Assembly: GCA_018303825.1 (NCBI GenBank)
Contig: JAGVXK010000020.1
Span: 8,569-72,568 of the forward strand
DNA length: 64,000 nucleotides
Reading direction: 5' to 3'
Source: Candidatus Pacearchaeota archaeon
GTDB lineage: Archaea > Nanobdellota > Nanobdellia > Pacearchaeales > GW2011-AR1
A program made the translations under genes and the position numbers. How positions within the stretch are numbered: position 1 is the stretch's first letter; each line of letters opens with the position of its first letter. Of this stretch, positions 8,313 through 18,471 are shown piece after piece. The notes under the pieces were generated by a model. That model was not told where the DNA came from. It did no database searches and worked only from the letters and a program-made list of their open reading frames with translations.

Positions 8313-9695
8313 TTAAAAAATAGCCAGAGCCCACTTTAACATTAATGCCAACACTAATAATAGCAGAACCCAAGTTGATATTTTATAGGCAATTTCTCCC
8401 GCCTTCTTGCTCTTTGTTATTCCCCATATTGTAAGAAGGAAGAACTTTCCACCATCGAATATTCCCAATGGAAGCATGTTCATCAATGCTACTGAAAGAT
8501 TGATTATTATGAGCCACCATAACAAATCGTTGATAAATATTCCGAAGTCGCCTATTCTTGACTGGTAATAAACTTCTGGATGCTTTATCTTTGATATAAA
8601 TGAGTAAAAAAATCCCATTATCCCTGAAGGTTTATTCGGAATAATCCCTATGCCTAAGAAAGCTTTACCGTTTCTTTCTCCTAGTTGAATATTGTACTCT
8701 TTTGTTTTTGTTCCTGTCTTGCCGATTATCGTTGTGATTTTTATTTGATCTCCGGAGCCATAGTTATTCAATGTCTGGTTCAAATCATTATATGAATTTA
8801 TTTTTACGTTATCTATCTGTGAAATAGCCCCTTTTAATTGGGCATTAAATGCTGGGGAGTTGTCATATGCCAAAAATGCACTGACTTTTCCCTCTTTCAC
8901 CAATGAGACAATATCCAGAGTTATGAAATAAGTTTTATTGTTAACATTTATTTCCCCATATGTTATATTTGCAAAAGTCACGTTTGAAATTCCGGTTATC
9001 TGTGAGGCATTTATTGGAGTTATAGCATAAGTATTAAATTGAACTCCCGCAGGAATGAATGCAAGGGAAAAGAAGGCCCACATTATCAACGCAAAGACAA
9101 TAGTTACAAGAATGTTCGCAAAAGTTCCTGAGGCAAGAATTGCCATCTGTTCTTTCTTGCCTATCTTATTCATTTGCTTTTCATCAGGTTCAACAAAAAA
9201 TGCAAGGAATGGACCTAGAAAACCAAATCCTGTTGAATGAACTTTTATTTTGCTTAATTTGGCAAATATTCCATGGAAAAACTCATGAGGTATTGCAACG
9301 ATTGCGATTATGATTACCCAGTATGTGAAGTAAAACGGAGGAAGAAAATCCAATTTAAACAAACTTGGAATGTAAGGAAATAAGGGCAATAAGACCGGAA
9401 TTTTAATTGCCTTTGCCAAATAGCTTGAACCAATATATGTTATCGAAAACTTAACCAGAAGATAAATCATTAAAATCATTAATATAAAACCGCAGAAAAT
9501 TATCAGATATTCAAGTGCTTTCAGAAGTTTAGAATATTTCTTGGAAGTATAATTGATTATCTTTATCCCTATTTTTGTCTTATATAAGTAGAGAATGCCC
9601 TGCCTTTCTAAATTCTTTTTATGCTTGTATAAAAAAAGGATAGCAATTAAAGTGAACAGGACAAACAGAGTTAAATCGATTGCTATAAAGCTCAT
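8313..9695 (-). CDS. Site-2 protease family (M50) membrane metalloprotease with PDZ-like insert
   Basis: HEFFHG (HExxH) in a TM segment and NMLPLGIFDGG (NxxPxxxxDG) motif; multiple TM helices. Confidence 0.85.
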   Translation of the reverse strand: MSFIAIDLTLFVLFTLIAILFLYKHKKNLERQGILYLYKTKIGIKIINYTSKKYSKLLKALEYLIIFCGFILMILMIYLLVKFSITYIGSSYLAKAIKIPVLLPLFPYIPSLFKLDFLPPFYFTYWVIIIAIVAIPHEFFHGIFAKLSKIKVHSTGFGFLGPFLAFFVEPDEKQMNKIGKKEQMAILASGTFANILVTIVFALIMWAFFSLAFIPAGVQFNTYAITPINASQITGISNVTFANITYGEINVNNKTYFITLDIVSLVKEGKVSAFLAYDNSPAFNAQLKGAISQIDNVKINSYNDLNQTLNNYGSGDQIKITTIIGKTGTKTKEYNIQLGERNGKAFLGIGIIPNKPSGIMGFFYSFISKIKHPEVYYQSRIGDFGIFINDLLWWLIIINLSVALMNMLPLGIFDGGKFFLLTIWGITKSKKAGEIAYKISTWVLLLLVLALMLKWALAIF

Positions 9696-9719
9696 TATTT
9701 TATTTCTTTTTTATTTTAT

Positions 9720-9884
9720 TTATTTCTTCTTCACTGGACGGAAAGACTTACCATTGCACTTTGGGCACTTCACTTTTCTTGCTATGACTCTAACTGCCTG
9801 AGTTCTAATCTTTTTACTGCAATCTCTGCAAACGAAAATATCTCCAAACAATCTCTTCTGTGCTATTAGTATTTTTGTTGCCAT
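9720..9884 (-). CDS. rpl40e: Ribosomal protein eL40 (54 aa; below the ORF-track cut-off)
   Basis: MATKILIAQKRLFGDIFVCRDCSKKIRTQAVRVIARKVKCPKCNGKSFRPVKKK: C4 zinc-ribbon pattern and basic composition typical of archaeal L40e. Confidence 0.75.
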   Translation of the reverse strand: MATKILIAQKRLFGDIFVCRDCSKKIRTQAVRVIARKVKCPKCNGKSFRPVKKK

Positions 9885-9904
9885 TTTACTTTTTGTTTAT
9901 AAAT

Positions 9905-10294
9905 TTAAATTACCCTCATAATTGCTTTCTTGCCTTCAACATCCCAGTATTCTACTTGTTTTTCAGGAGCAAGATGGTCTTTAACTTCTTCTATGAATGG
10001 AAGGTCAATTGTTTCAAAACTTTCCAAGTCCATCACAGATACCTTGTCTCCAGAAATGCTAAGTATTTGTCCGCGTCTTTTCTCTACCATTGGAACTTCA
10101 AATCTTGTGCTCCCGGGAATTGCAGTTATTTTTTTCTTTCCTGAAAAAATCTCTATTGCCTCTATTCTACACTTGGATGCTCCGTGCTTTCCTGTTTTTG
10201 AAACATCTACTGACTTGACAGCGCAGGCTTCTCCGTCAATTATAATTGTTGTGCCCGGTCTTACCTCTGTCGCAGATATAACTTTTAAAACCAT
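9905..10294 (-). CDS. eif5a: Translation initiation factor 5A (aIF5A)
   Basis: Hypusination loop SKTGKHGASK in an OB/SH3-like protein of 129 aa. Confidence 0.9.
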   Translation of the reverse strand: MVLKVISATEVRPGTTIIIDGEACAVKSVDVSKTGKHGASKCRIEAIEIFSGKKKITAIPGSTRFEVPMVEKRRGQILSISGDKVSVMDLESFETIDLPFIEEVKDHLAPEKQVEYWDVEGKKAIMRVI

Positions 10295-10603
10295 AAATGG
10301 AGTGAGAAAGAAACGTTTATAAAACTTACGTAGTAAGTTTTATCTCCCTTTTTAGATAGAATTTTAAGTAAACCTTAATTTAAACATTATATTAAAAAGA
10401 TTCAAAGAACAAACAATATAATTAAGTGTATAATTGATTTTTCTATTATTTAGAATCACAGAAGGAGAATATAACTTTAACCATATTAAGCTTGACAATT
10501 GATTTAACAAGAAAGCAAAAGATTTAAGAGGCATAAATGGAAAAGATTATGATGACAGATAAGCTTTAGAAAAGCTTAAGAAAGTAAGGATTAATAAATT
10601 AAT

Positions 10604-11296
10604 ATGACAGATGTAGTTAAGAAAGATGATTTTGTTGAACTGAAATATACAGGGTATGCAAACGGAAAAATCTTTGACTCAAATATAGAAATGGATTTGA
10701 AAGAGCTTGATGAGAAGGCACAACCTGTTAAAACAATAATCTCTGTGGGAAATGAGATGGTTGTCAAAGGATTTGACAAAGCCTTGGAAGGAAAAGAAAT
10801 TGGAAAAGAATACGAAATAATCCTAAACAAAGACGAAGGATTTGGAGAGAGAAAAAGAGATCTTATTAAAACGATTCCCTTAAAAGTATTTCATGAAAAG
10901 AATGTCGATCCCAAGCCCGGGATGAGTTTTGTTGTTGACAATATGCTTGTCAGGATTATAACTGTATCTGGAGCAAGAGTTATTGCTGACTTTAACAATC
11001 CTCTTTCTGGGAAAGAGATTAAGTATAAATTTACCATAACAAGAAAAGTTGAAGATGAAAAAGAAAAAGTTGAATGCCTGTTTACAACATTCTTTAGATT
11101 TATGCCTGAATATAAAATAAAAGCAAAAGAAAATAAAGTTATTGCTAAGGGGCCGAAGGGATTTGATGTTTTTGTCAATGCTTATAAAGACAAATTTAAA
11201 GAAATCATCGGAAAAGAGCTTGCCTTTGAGGAAAAAAAGGAAAGGAAGAAAGAGGCAAGTAAAGAAGAGAAAAAGCAGGAAACTGCAAAGGCTTAA
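10604..11296 (+). CDS. FKBP-type peptidyl-prolyl cis-trans isomerase (long archaeal type) with Lys/Glu tail
   Basis: DFVELKYTGYANGKIFDSN ... EGFGERKRDLIKTIP pattern of SlyD/FKBP family. Confidence 0.8.
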   Translation: MTDVVKKDDFVELKYTGYANGKIFDSNIEMDLKELDEKAQPVKTIISVGNEMVVKGFDKALEGKEIGKEYEIILNKDEGFGERKRDLIKTIPLKVFHEKNVDPKPGMSFVVDNMLVRIITVSGARVIADFNNPLSGKEIKYKFTITRKVEDEKEKVECLFTTFFRFMPEYKIKAKENKVIAKGPKGFDVFVNAYKDKFKEIIGKELAFEEKKERKKEASKEEKKQETAKA

Positions 11297-11372
11297 TAAT
11301 AACTATTGTGGTAAAACAACAATACTTATAAATATACAATCTCTAAACTATTAATAATAAAAAGAGACGAAA

Positions 11373-12464
11373 ATGGCAGAATATACAAGTGAGAAGGGAG
11401 CTAAACCAACTTTAGAAATAGACAAAGAATTAGAAGAAATAATTCAAAAACAAGCTACAAGAATAAAAGTTATTGGGTGCGGAGGAGGAGGAGGAAATTC
11501 TATATCTAGGATGAGAGAAGTTGGAATAAGAGGATGTGAAATTCTTGCAATAAATACTGATGCACAAGACTTGTTATATACAAATGCGGACTCAAAAATT
11601 CTTATTGGCAGAGAATTAACACACGGACTTGGCGCCGGAAGCAATCCAAAAATAGGTGAGCAGGCAGCAAGAGAGTCTGAGCAGGAAATAAAAAAGAAGA
11701 TGGGGGAAATAGATCTTGTTTTTGTAACATGCGGACTTGGAGGAGGAACTGGAACTGGAAGCGCTCCTATTGTATGCGAGATTGCAAAAAAGATGGGAGC
11801 CTTGACAATTGGGGTTGTTACCCTGCCTTTTACAGTTGAAGGGCAAAAAAGGATAGAAAATGCCCAGTATGGCCTAGAAAAGATGGCTGCAATAACAGAT
11901 ACATTGATTGTAATTCCAAATGATAAACTTCTTGAAATTGCTCCTGACTTGCCAATCCACACAGCATTTAAAGTTGCGGATGAAATATTGACAAATGCTG
12001 TCAAAGGAATAACAGAATTAATAACAAAGGCTGGACTGGTTAATTTGGACTTTGCTGATATAAGAGCAGTCATGGCCAATGGCGGAGTTTCATTGATAGG
12101 AATTGGAGAATCTGATTCCAACAAGAACAGGGCGCAGGATGCAGTTGAAAAGGCAATTAACAATCCATTATTAGATGTCAGCATTGCAAATGCAACGGGG
12201 GCATTAGTTAACATAATAGGCGGACAGGATATGTCTTTGGATGAATACAGGCAAGTAATGCAAATTCTTGGGGAAAAAGTTGCCCCTGATGCAAAAATAA
12301 TTTCAGGAGCACAGATATCTCCGGATATGGATAAAACAATAAAAGTACTTCTTATTGTCACAGGAGTTAAGAGCTCTCAAATCATTGGAAGTTCAACTGA
12401 ATTCTCAAAGAGCGAGCAGGATGCCCTTTCAGAAGAGCTTGGAATTGACTTTGTTAAAGAATAA
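11373..12464 (+). CDS. ftsZ: Cell division GTPase FtsZ
   Basis: GCGGGGGNSISRM and tubulin signature GLGGGTGTGSAP. Confidence 0.95.
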   Translation: MAEYTSEKGAKPTLEIDKELEEIIQKQATRIKVIGCGGGGGNSISRMREVGIRGCEILAINTDAQDLLYTNADSKILIGRELTHGLGAGSNPKIGEQAARESEQEIKKKMGEIDLVFVTCGLGGGTGTGSAPIVCEIAKKMGALTIGVVTLPFTVEGQKRIENAQYGLEKMAAITDTLIVIPNDKLLEIAPDLPIHTAFKVADEILTNAVKGITELITKAGLVNLDFADIRAVMANGGVSLIGIGESDSNKNRAQDAVEKAINNPLLDVSIANATGALVNIIGGQDMSLDEYRQVMQILGEKVAPDAKIISGAQISPDMDKTIKVLLIVTGVKSSQIIGSSTEFSKSEQDALSEELGIDFVKE

Positions 12465-12657
12465 AATAACTGATAAAAAGTTAGGGCAAAAATTGTCTTA
12501 TGAATGCATGTGCGATAATGTTTCTAAATCTACAATAAATGCTACAAAAAGATGGCTTGAATTAAATATCTCTATCGATGTGATTCAAGAGATGTATCGG
12601 TGCGGAGTCAGAGATATGTACAATCAGATTAACAATTCTCCTCCTAAAGAATAATAT

Positions 12658-13191
12658 TTATTTTTTGCTTAATTCAAGAAGCATATTACTGTATGAAATG
12701 GAAATTAAATCCTTTTCTTGGATTTGAAATTCTTTTAAAAAATCCGCGCATTGTCTTATAAGAAATTCTCTTCCAATGTCTCCTTTTTTGTCTAGTGCTT
12801 CAACTTCAACAAAATTTCCGAGGCTTTTTACCTGGTCAAGATGGAATTTAACATTGTCAACAAAATATATCTCCCTTATTTTGTCTACAACTGCAAGAAC
12901 TCCAATAGATTTTGTCAGAATCTCTTTCAAATCGCGAACATTTGCAGATTGGGTGTCAAATAGTGTTACAAGAGACTGCTTCGGTCCTTGTTTATTTTCC
13001 CTTTCATAGTAAATAAGGTTATTTTCGACGTTCCCTTCCCTGAGCTTCAATCTTCCATTTGGCGGTTTGAAGTATGTATCAATCTGATGGTCTAAACCAT
13101 GAAAATTTGCATTGTAAGCAATAGTAAGTATATCTCTTATCTGACCAAGATTATGGCATCGCGCTTTAAACTCCACATTAAGATGAGACAT
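12658..13191 (-). CDS. CYTH-domain protein (class IV adenylate cyclase / triphosphatase family)
   Basis: N-terminal NVEFKARC (ExExK-type) motif and ~177-aa size. Confidence 0.7.
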   Translation of the reverse strand: MSHLNVEFKARCHNLGQIRDILTIAYNANFHGLDHQIDTYFKPPNGRLKLREGNVENNLIYYERENKQGPKQSLVTLFDTQSANVRDLKEILTKSIGVLAVVDKIREIYFVDNVKFHLDQVKSLGNFVEVEALDKKGDIGREFLIRQCADFLKEFQIQEKDLISISYSNMLLELSKK

Positions 13192-13273
13192 TGAAATCCT
13201 TTGGTTGTTTAGTTTAAAATCATTGTTGTATGAGAAAACATAATTTTAAAAACACCTTTTATTTTGTATAGAA

Positions 13274-13480
13274 ATGGGTGAAATGAATCAGACTATTGGA
13301 TGGAAAAGCAGACTGGGCTCTTTTTTAGTTCAGTGCAAAAGAGTTTGGCAAGTTTTAAGGAAGCCGACTAATGAAGAATTCAAGACCATTGCAAAAATAT
13401 CTGCAATCGGAGTTCTGATAATCGGCGCAGTAGGATTTATTATCGCTGACCTAATCAAGTTTATTACGAAGATTTTCTAA
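13274..13480 (+). CDS. secE: Protein translocase subunit SecE / Sec61-gamma
   Basis: 68 aa, ...LRKPTNEEFKTIAKISAIGVLIIGAVGFIIADLI single C-terminal TM. Confidence 0.75.
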   Translation: MGEMNQTIGWKSRLGSFLVQCKRVWQVLRKPTNEEFKTIAKISAIGVLIIGAVGFIIADLIKFITKIF

Positions 13481-13484
13481 AAAT

Positions 13485-13844
13485 CTATTGTGTCTTATCA
13501 GAAGCCTTATTAGGGTCTTTATCAAACTCAAAACTTAATCCTTCCTCAATTTTATTTGCCATGAGCTGAGTTTCCAGCATTGCATACAGCCCAACAGCAA
13601 TGCCAAAAAGGGCCAGACGCATTTCTAAAGAATGCTGCTTTAAGTATGTTCCAATGTATTCTGATAAAATCGGATCGTCTCTTAGTATTCTTTCTCCAAC
13701 CTCTTCTACATAAGCTGTCCAATCAGACTTACCCTGGTGTTTTTTGCCCACAAATCGCGCCACTAGTGTATTATAAGTATTCATAGATATTCTAGGCATA
13801 CCTGTAGGAGTATATTTATCACCTGAATTTTTATCCGAATCCAT
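13485..13844 (-). CDS. Hypothetical protein
   Basis: ORF only. Confidence 0.45.
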   Translation of the reverse strand: MDSDKNSGDKYTPTGMPRISMNTYNTLVARFVGKKHQGKSDWTAYVEEVGERILRDDPILSEYIGTYLKQHSLEMRLALFGIAVGLYAMLETQLMANKIEEGLSFEFDKDPNKASDKTQ

Positions 13845-14056
13845 CGTCTTTTTTAAGTGGTTTGGATTTTTTAAATCTATCTTACTTTTTCTTTTTATTC
13901 ACTGTATGGAAAAACAGGGGAAAAACAAATATTTAAAAAGGCGTTAAACAAAGGAATAATATTATCGTTAACTACGTACCGAAGCCATATTTTCTATGGG
14001 TTTGGGTCATAACGTAGGAGATAATGGGTAGAAAACTACAGCAGGAGTAAAACAAG

Positions 14057-14674
14057 ATGGAAATAAAGCAAGCATTAGAAGAACTTAGGAAGAATGAGAA
14101 GAAGAATTTTGACCAGACAGTAGACTTAATTATAAATCTGAAGGGGATAGACATGAAAAGAGACAATGTTTCTACAGTTATTACATTTCCTTATAACATC
14201 GGAGAAAAGAAAATATGCGGATTTTTAACAAAAAAAAGCGAGAATGTTGAAACAATAACTCTAAATGAATTCCAATTGTATAGAGACAAGAAAGCATTGA
14301 AGAATCTTATAAAAAAATATGACTATTTCCTTGCAGTTCCAAGCGTAATGCCTGCTGTTGCTACAACATTCGGAAAGATTTTAGGTCCTGCTGGAAAAAT
14401 GCCCACTCCACAGCTTGGAGTTTTGATGAAAGAAGATGAGAAGGCAATAAAAGAACTTGTGGAAAAGATAGCAAAATCAACAAGAATTAAAATGAAAGAG
14501 CCCAGCATTAAAGTCAGCATCGCAAGAGAGAGCATGAAAGATAATGAGATTATAGAAAATCTGATGGCTGCTTATAATGCCATTGTAAATGTTCTTCCAA
14601 CAAAAAAGGAAAATGTCAGATCTGTTTTAATAAAATTAACAATGAGCAAGCCAATAAAACTGGAGGTCAAATAA
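14057..14674 (+). CDS. rpl1: Ribosomal protein uL1
   Basis: Sequence (NFDQTVDLIINLKGID..., PAGKMPTP) and position ahead of P0. Confidence 0.9.
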   Translation: MEIKQALEELRKNEKKNFDQTVDLIINLKGIDMKRDNVSTVITFPYNIGEKKICGFLTKKSENVETITLNEFQLYRDKKALKNLIKKYDYFLAVPSVMPAVATTFGKILGPAGKMPTPQLGVLMKEDEKAIKELVEKIAKSTRIKMKEPSIKVSIARESMKDNEIIENLMAAYNAIVNVLPTKKENVRSVLIKLTMSKPIKLEVK

Positions 14675-15504
14675 TGGTCGAGAAGAAAACAGGAGAAAAA
14701 AAAGTAGAAAAGAGAGAAGTTCCAGAATATAAATTGAAAATAATTAATGACCTTGTTGCAAAAATAAAAAAGAGCAAAACATTATTGTTAGCCTCTACGA
14801 AAGGATTGCCAAGCTCGCAATTCCATGAAATAAAGAAAAAATTCAGAGGAAAAGCAGAAATCAAAGTTGTGAAGAAGTCTGCCGTATTAAGAGCTATTGA
14901 GCTTGCAGCAAAACCTGGATTGGATCCATTGAAAGAGCAAATAGTGGCAGATGTAGCTATATTTTTCTCAGATATAGACCCATTTGAATTATCTGGAATG
15001 TTAACTGATAATTTAAGCCCTACAAAAGCGAAGGGGGGAGATATTGCCCCAGAAGATATTAATGTCGAATCTGGACCAACAGATTTGCTTCCTGGACCTG
15101 CAATTTCCGAATTATCTGGAGTTGGATTAAGGGTTGCTGTTGAGAGTGGAAAGATTGCAATAAAACTTCCAGCTACACTTGTTAAAAAAGGAGAGATAAT
15201 TAAAGAAAATGTTGCTTCTGTTCTCGGAAAATTGAATATAACTCCTATGAAAGTGGGATTTGAACCTATTGCAGCTTATGATGCAAATAATGAAAAGATA
15301 TATGTTGGAATAAAAATAGATAAAAAGCAGACTCTTGAGCAATTGAGGTATGACATTAGCAAAGCATTTGGATTTGCCAGGAATATTAAATATATTGTAA
15401 AAGAAACACTTTCATACTTCTTCGCAAAGGCAAATACGGAAGAAAAAGCAGTACAGAAATTGATTGACAAACAAAATGCTGTGGCAGGAGAGACACAACA
15501 ATGA
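14674..15504 (+). CDS. rpl10: Ribosomal stalk protein uL10 (P0)
   Basis: Position between uL1 and P1; P0-like N-terminal domain; ATG overlaps the uL1 stop. Confidence 0.88.
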   Translation: MVEKKTGEKKVEKREVPEYKLKIINDLVAKIKKSKTLLLASTKGLPSSQFHEIKKKFRGKAEIKVVKKSAVLRAIELAAKPGLDPLKEQIVADVAIFFSDIDPFELSGMLTDNLSPTKAKGGDIAPEDINVESGPTDLLPGPAISELSGVGLRVAVESGKIAIKLPATLVKKGEIIKENVASVLGKLNITPMKVGFEPIAAYDANNEKIYVGIKIDKKQTLEQLRYDISKAFGFARNIKYIVKETLSYFFAKANTEEKAVQKLIDKQNAVAGETQQ

Positions 15505-15764
15505 ACATGGAAGAAGTTTTAGCCGCAATTAGTGAGAAAATTGACGCTGGAGAGTATACTGAAGCAAAAACAATAGTTGATGATTTTTACACTGAGAAGA
15601 ACAGAGAATTATGCGCAATGCAAAGGTTAGCAGCTAATGAAGAAACTAGATTTAGTGATACTATACCGGAATATGTTGAAATGCTAGAAGATTTGGCCGC
15701 AACTTCAAATCGCATTGGAGATATCATAAGACAAACTCAAAATACATCGGGAGGTCAAAATTAA
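15501..15764 (+). CDS. Hypothetical acidic 87-aa protein inserted between P0 and P1
   Basis: ORF overlaps the P0 stop by 4 nt and ends 1 nt before the P1 start; no motif recognised. Confidence 0.5.
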   Translation: MNMEEVLAAISEKIDAGEYTEAKTIVDDFYTEKNRELCAMQRLAANEETRFSDTIPEYVEMLEDLAATSNRIGDIIRQTQNTSGGQN

Positions 15765-15765
15765 G

Positions 15766-16044
15766 ATGGAATACATATATGCGGCTTTATTGCTGCACAA
15801 GCTAGGACAGAAAGTAGATGAAGACAATTTGAAAAAAGTTGTTTCAGCAGCCGGAGCTAAAGTAGATGAAGCAAAAATCAAAACGTTGATTGCTGCTTTG
15901 AATGGTGTTGACATCGCTGCAGAACTAGCAAATGCAAGTATTGCAGTGGCAGTGCCAGCAGCTACGGAAGCAAAGAAGGAAGAGAAAAAGGAAGAAGAAA
16001 AGCCTTCTGAATCTGCTGCAGGATTAAGTGCACTATTCGGCTGA
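15766..16044 (+). CDS. rpl12: Ribosomal stalk protein P1 (archaeal L12)
   Basis: [11 protein letters not shown]... N-terminus, Ala-rich hinge, acidic tail ending GLSALFG. Confidence 0.9.
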   Translation: MEYIYAALLLHKLGQKVDEDNLKKVVSAAGAKVDEAKIKTLIAALNGVDIAAELANASIAVAVPAATEAKKEEKKEEEKPSESAAGLSALFG

Positions 16045-16167
16045 TTATAATTTTTTATTTTTAGTTTACAACCGAATAGAAATACAGGTTTAGCAAGGCT
16101 AGATTGGTCTTGCTTGAGAATTCTTAAACCATAAAGGTTTTAAGTCAGGTATTTTATACAAATCTAA

Positions 16168-16270
16168 GCCCACGTGCGACAATGGTACTCGGACGGTCTT
16201 GAGCTGATAGTTAAGCACAGGGAAACCGTTTTCCCTTCGGGATATCCAGGTTCGATTCCTGGCGTGGGCG
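16168..16270 (+). tRNA. tRNA-Ser (anticodon UGA) with ~20-nt intron at the canonical 37/38 position
   Basis: Acceptor GCCCACG/CGTGGGC, anticodon stem ACGGT/ACCGT interrupted by about 16204-16223, long variable arm TCCC-TTC-GGGA, T arm CCAGG-TTCGATT-CCTGG. Confidence 0.8.
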
Positions 16271-16286
16271 TTTATTACATTCAAAA

Positions 16287-16709
16287 ATGCAAGAATTGAC
16301 GAATATCATTGAAAAGCTTAGAAAAGAAGGATATTTTATTTGTGATTTTGCATATGAAGAATTTAGTGACTCCAGACTGCAATTTGATCATGGAGTAATG
16401 CCCAATCCAGATAAAGCACATGGGCATAGATCTCTGGCAAGAATGATAAATGAACACCTTAAAAATGGGATTCATCTTACACCAATATTAATTCATATTT
16501 TTCTCGGATCCAGGAAAATGAAGTTGCCTGAACAAATGAACGGAAAAACGAATGATAATGATAGGTTTGATTATCCAATTGAAGTAGATGTTTCTACAAG
16601 AACTATGAACCCTTATTTAGAATATAGAAAATTGCAGAATCCAGAAAAGATATACGAGGATATAACAAGAATTTTCCAAGAATCTGGCTGGAATGCAAAC
16701 AAAGCTTAA
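16287..16709 (+). CDS. Hypothetical protein
   Basis: ORF only. Confidence 0.45.
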   Translation: MQELTNIIEKLRKEGYFICDFAYEEFSDSRLQFDHGVMPNPDKAHGHRSLARMINEHLKNGIHLTPILIHIFLGSRKMKLPEQMNGKTNDNDRFDYPIEVDVSTRTMNPYLEYRKLQNPEKIYEDITRIFQESGWNANKA

Positions 16710-16728
16710 AAATAAAAAATAAATTCTT

Positions 16729-16932
16729 TTAAGCTGAGTAATCAAGCCAGCTTGCTCGAAGAGAACCTTCTGATGAGGCACAATATTCATCTCCTTGTCT
16801 TTCCATGGTATTTTGCGGGTCTTTCTCTTTCTGCAATGCTTCTCTGAAGTTTTTCTTTTGTTTAGTTTCTTTTATAACGGTGGCTCCAGCTTGAACAGCC
16901 TCAGATGTTATTTGTTCGATTGTCTTTTTCAT
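16729..16932 (-). CDS. Hypothetical small protein
   Basis: ORF only. Confidence 0.3.
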   Translation of the reverse strand: MKKTIEQITSEAVQAGATVIKETKQKKNFREALQKEKDPQNTMERQGDEYCASSEGSLRASWLDYSA

Positions 16933-17187
16933 TTATGGAGTCCTCCTTTCAGTTTCTTATTTTTTCTTGTTTTTCTTTTGTTTTCTTGTTTTTTGTTTAA
17001 TTTTCTAAAGAAATATTAAAAAGCCATAGAAATTTCCCAACATTGTACATCGAGAACATTCCAAAGGCCAGAATCAATATGCCTTTAGAATAGCTTGACT
17101 ACGACTGCGTCTAGCGCAATAACTGCATAAGCAAATTTAGTCGCATTTTGCATCCTTTCTGAAAGCAAAGGAAGTATATAAATTTTG

Positions 17188-17613
17188 TTAAAGATGCAAA
17201 TCATGAAGTTTTTTCCAGACAGAATATGATTCTATATGTGTTGGCCTGTCTGTATTTATTACATGAGTTAATTTGAATTGTTTTATCTTTTTTATTAATT
17301 TTTTTGATGAAACTCTTCCGGGTTTTAACCCATATGCCTTGATTTCTTCTAAATCTCTTAAAGATAGAGATTTTCCTGAACAACTATTTTCCTGAGCTTT
17401 GCAGTCAGAATTGCATGGGGAATCAAGAGTATTTGTTAATGTTATAATCTGTTCTGGATTGTCTATAATTGTATTATATAAATCCTTTACTTTCTTTATA
17501 TTAAATAATCCATATCTTAATCTGTCAGGTTTGTGCTCATCTGACAGCTGATGATTAAATAAATATGTGGCAAAATCGCTCAAATGATGCCCTCTTAGTA
17601 TTATTTGTCCCAT
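17188..17613 (-). CDS. Hypothetical Cys-containing protein (RGHHL N-terminus reminiscent of DUF1284)
   Basis: MGQIILRGHHL... and a CNSDCKAQENSC cluster; weak family guess. Confidence 0.45.
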   Translation of the reverse strand: MGQIILRGHHLSDFATYLFNHQLSDEHKPDRLRYGLFNIKKVKDLYNTIIDNPEQIITLTNTLDSPCNSDCKAQENSCSGKSLSLRDLEEIKAYGLKPGRVSSKKLIKKIKQFKLTHVINTDRPTHIESYSVWKKLHDLHL

Positions 17614-17698
17614 CTTTTCTCTTTTTTCCCTTTTTTTATTTTTATCTCGGCTTCGACCTAACTTGTCCCTTGCTTCTATCTTTACTTTACTTCTATTT

Positions 17699-18442
17699 TT
17701 ATTTCAACTTTAATAGTTCTATCCTTAATCTTATTATAAATTCTGGAGTTGCCTTCTTGATTGGCTTGTCAAGGGTTTCTTTGTGAAAATTCATCTTTTC
17801 TAAAATTTCCCTGGCTTTATTTTTTATCTTTTTATCTTTCATTAATGAGTAAATTATTGCATTTCTTGTATTCCCATTTTTTGTTAAAACATTTCTTAAG
17901 ATTTCTTCCACTTTATTTTTAGGTTCTTTTCTTTTTAATTGAATGAGCCAGCAGCCAGTTTTTGGCTCGGGAGAAAGGCTTTCAGGTTCAACTTCCTGGA
18001 CAGTTTTCATGCTGAAAAATAAGTTACTTAATAGACCAAGCTTGTTTTCTCCAGATAATGTTTTCTTTAAGCCATCACTTACCAACAAAGAGAGGAGAGA
18101 AATCCTTTCCCTGATAGATTTTTGAATTAATGCTTCAGTAGCTGAAAATGGAATATTTCCTATTAATTTATTGCATCCTTTCCATGAATGTTCAAGAGCA
18201 TTGCCAAATACAATGCTTAAGTTGGGATGCTCTTTCTTTAACTCTTCTAGGAATGGCTTAAATCTCAAATCAAGCTCAAAGGCGAGAACAGGGAAGCCTA
18301 ATTTAACTAATTCGTGAGTTATATTTCCTGTTCCGGGGCCAATTTCAAGTATCTTATCCCCTTCTTTCACTTCCAATTCAGAAATCATTCTCTTTATTGC
18401 CTTCATATTTATCAGAAAATGCTGGTCTTTTTCTATTTCCAT
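17699..18442 (-). CDS. ksgA: 16S rRNA dimethyladenosine transferase (KsgA/Dim1)
   Basis: QHFLIN..., SAM motif ILEIGPGTGNIT, GNIPF. Confidence 0.85.
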   Translation of the reverse strand: MEIEKDQHFLINMKAIKRMISELEVKEGDKILEIGPGTGNITHELVKLGFPVLAFELDLRFKPFLEELKKEHPNLSIVFGNALEHSWKGCNKLIGNIPFSATEALIQKSIRERISLLSLLVSDGLKKTLSGENKLGLLSNLFFSMKTVQEVEPESLSPEPKTGCWLIQLKRKEPKNKVEEILRNVLTKNGNTRNAIIYSLMKDKKIKNKAREILEKMNFHKETLDKPIKKATPEFIIRLRIELLKLK

Positions 18443-18463
18443 ATATTATTAAGAAAGATTAAT

Positions 18464-18471
18464 TTTATAAA
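18464..18471. promoter_or_regulatory. Palindromic TATA-like box TTTATAAA centred in a 50-nt divergent intergenic region
   Basis: Exactly 21 nt from the box to the ATG at 18442 (-) and 21 nt to the ATG at 18493 (+). Confidence 0.4.

Noticed and set aside
12355-12654. 99-aa ORF overlapping the end of ftsZ and running through the ftsZ / CYTH intergenic region
   Set aside because: The first third lies inside ftsZ in another frame. An internal ATG (12508) would give only 48 aa with no motif. There is not enough evidence to call a gene.
13845-14056. Possible uL1 autoregulatory mRNA mimic of the 23S L1-binding site upstream of rpl1
   Set aside because: I could not identify by eye a convincing match to the L1 stalk sequence of this window's own 23S.
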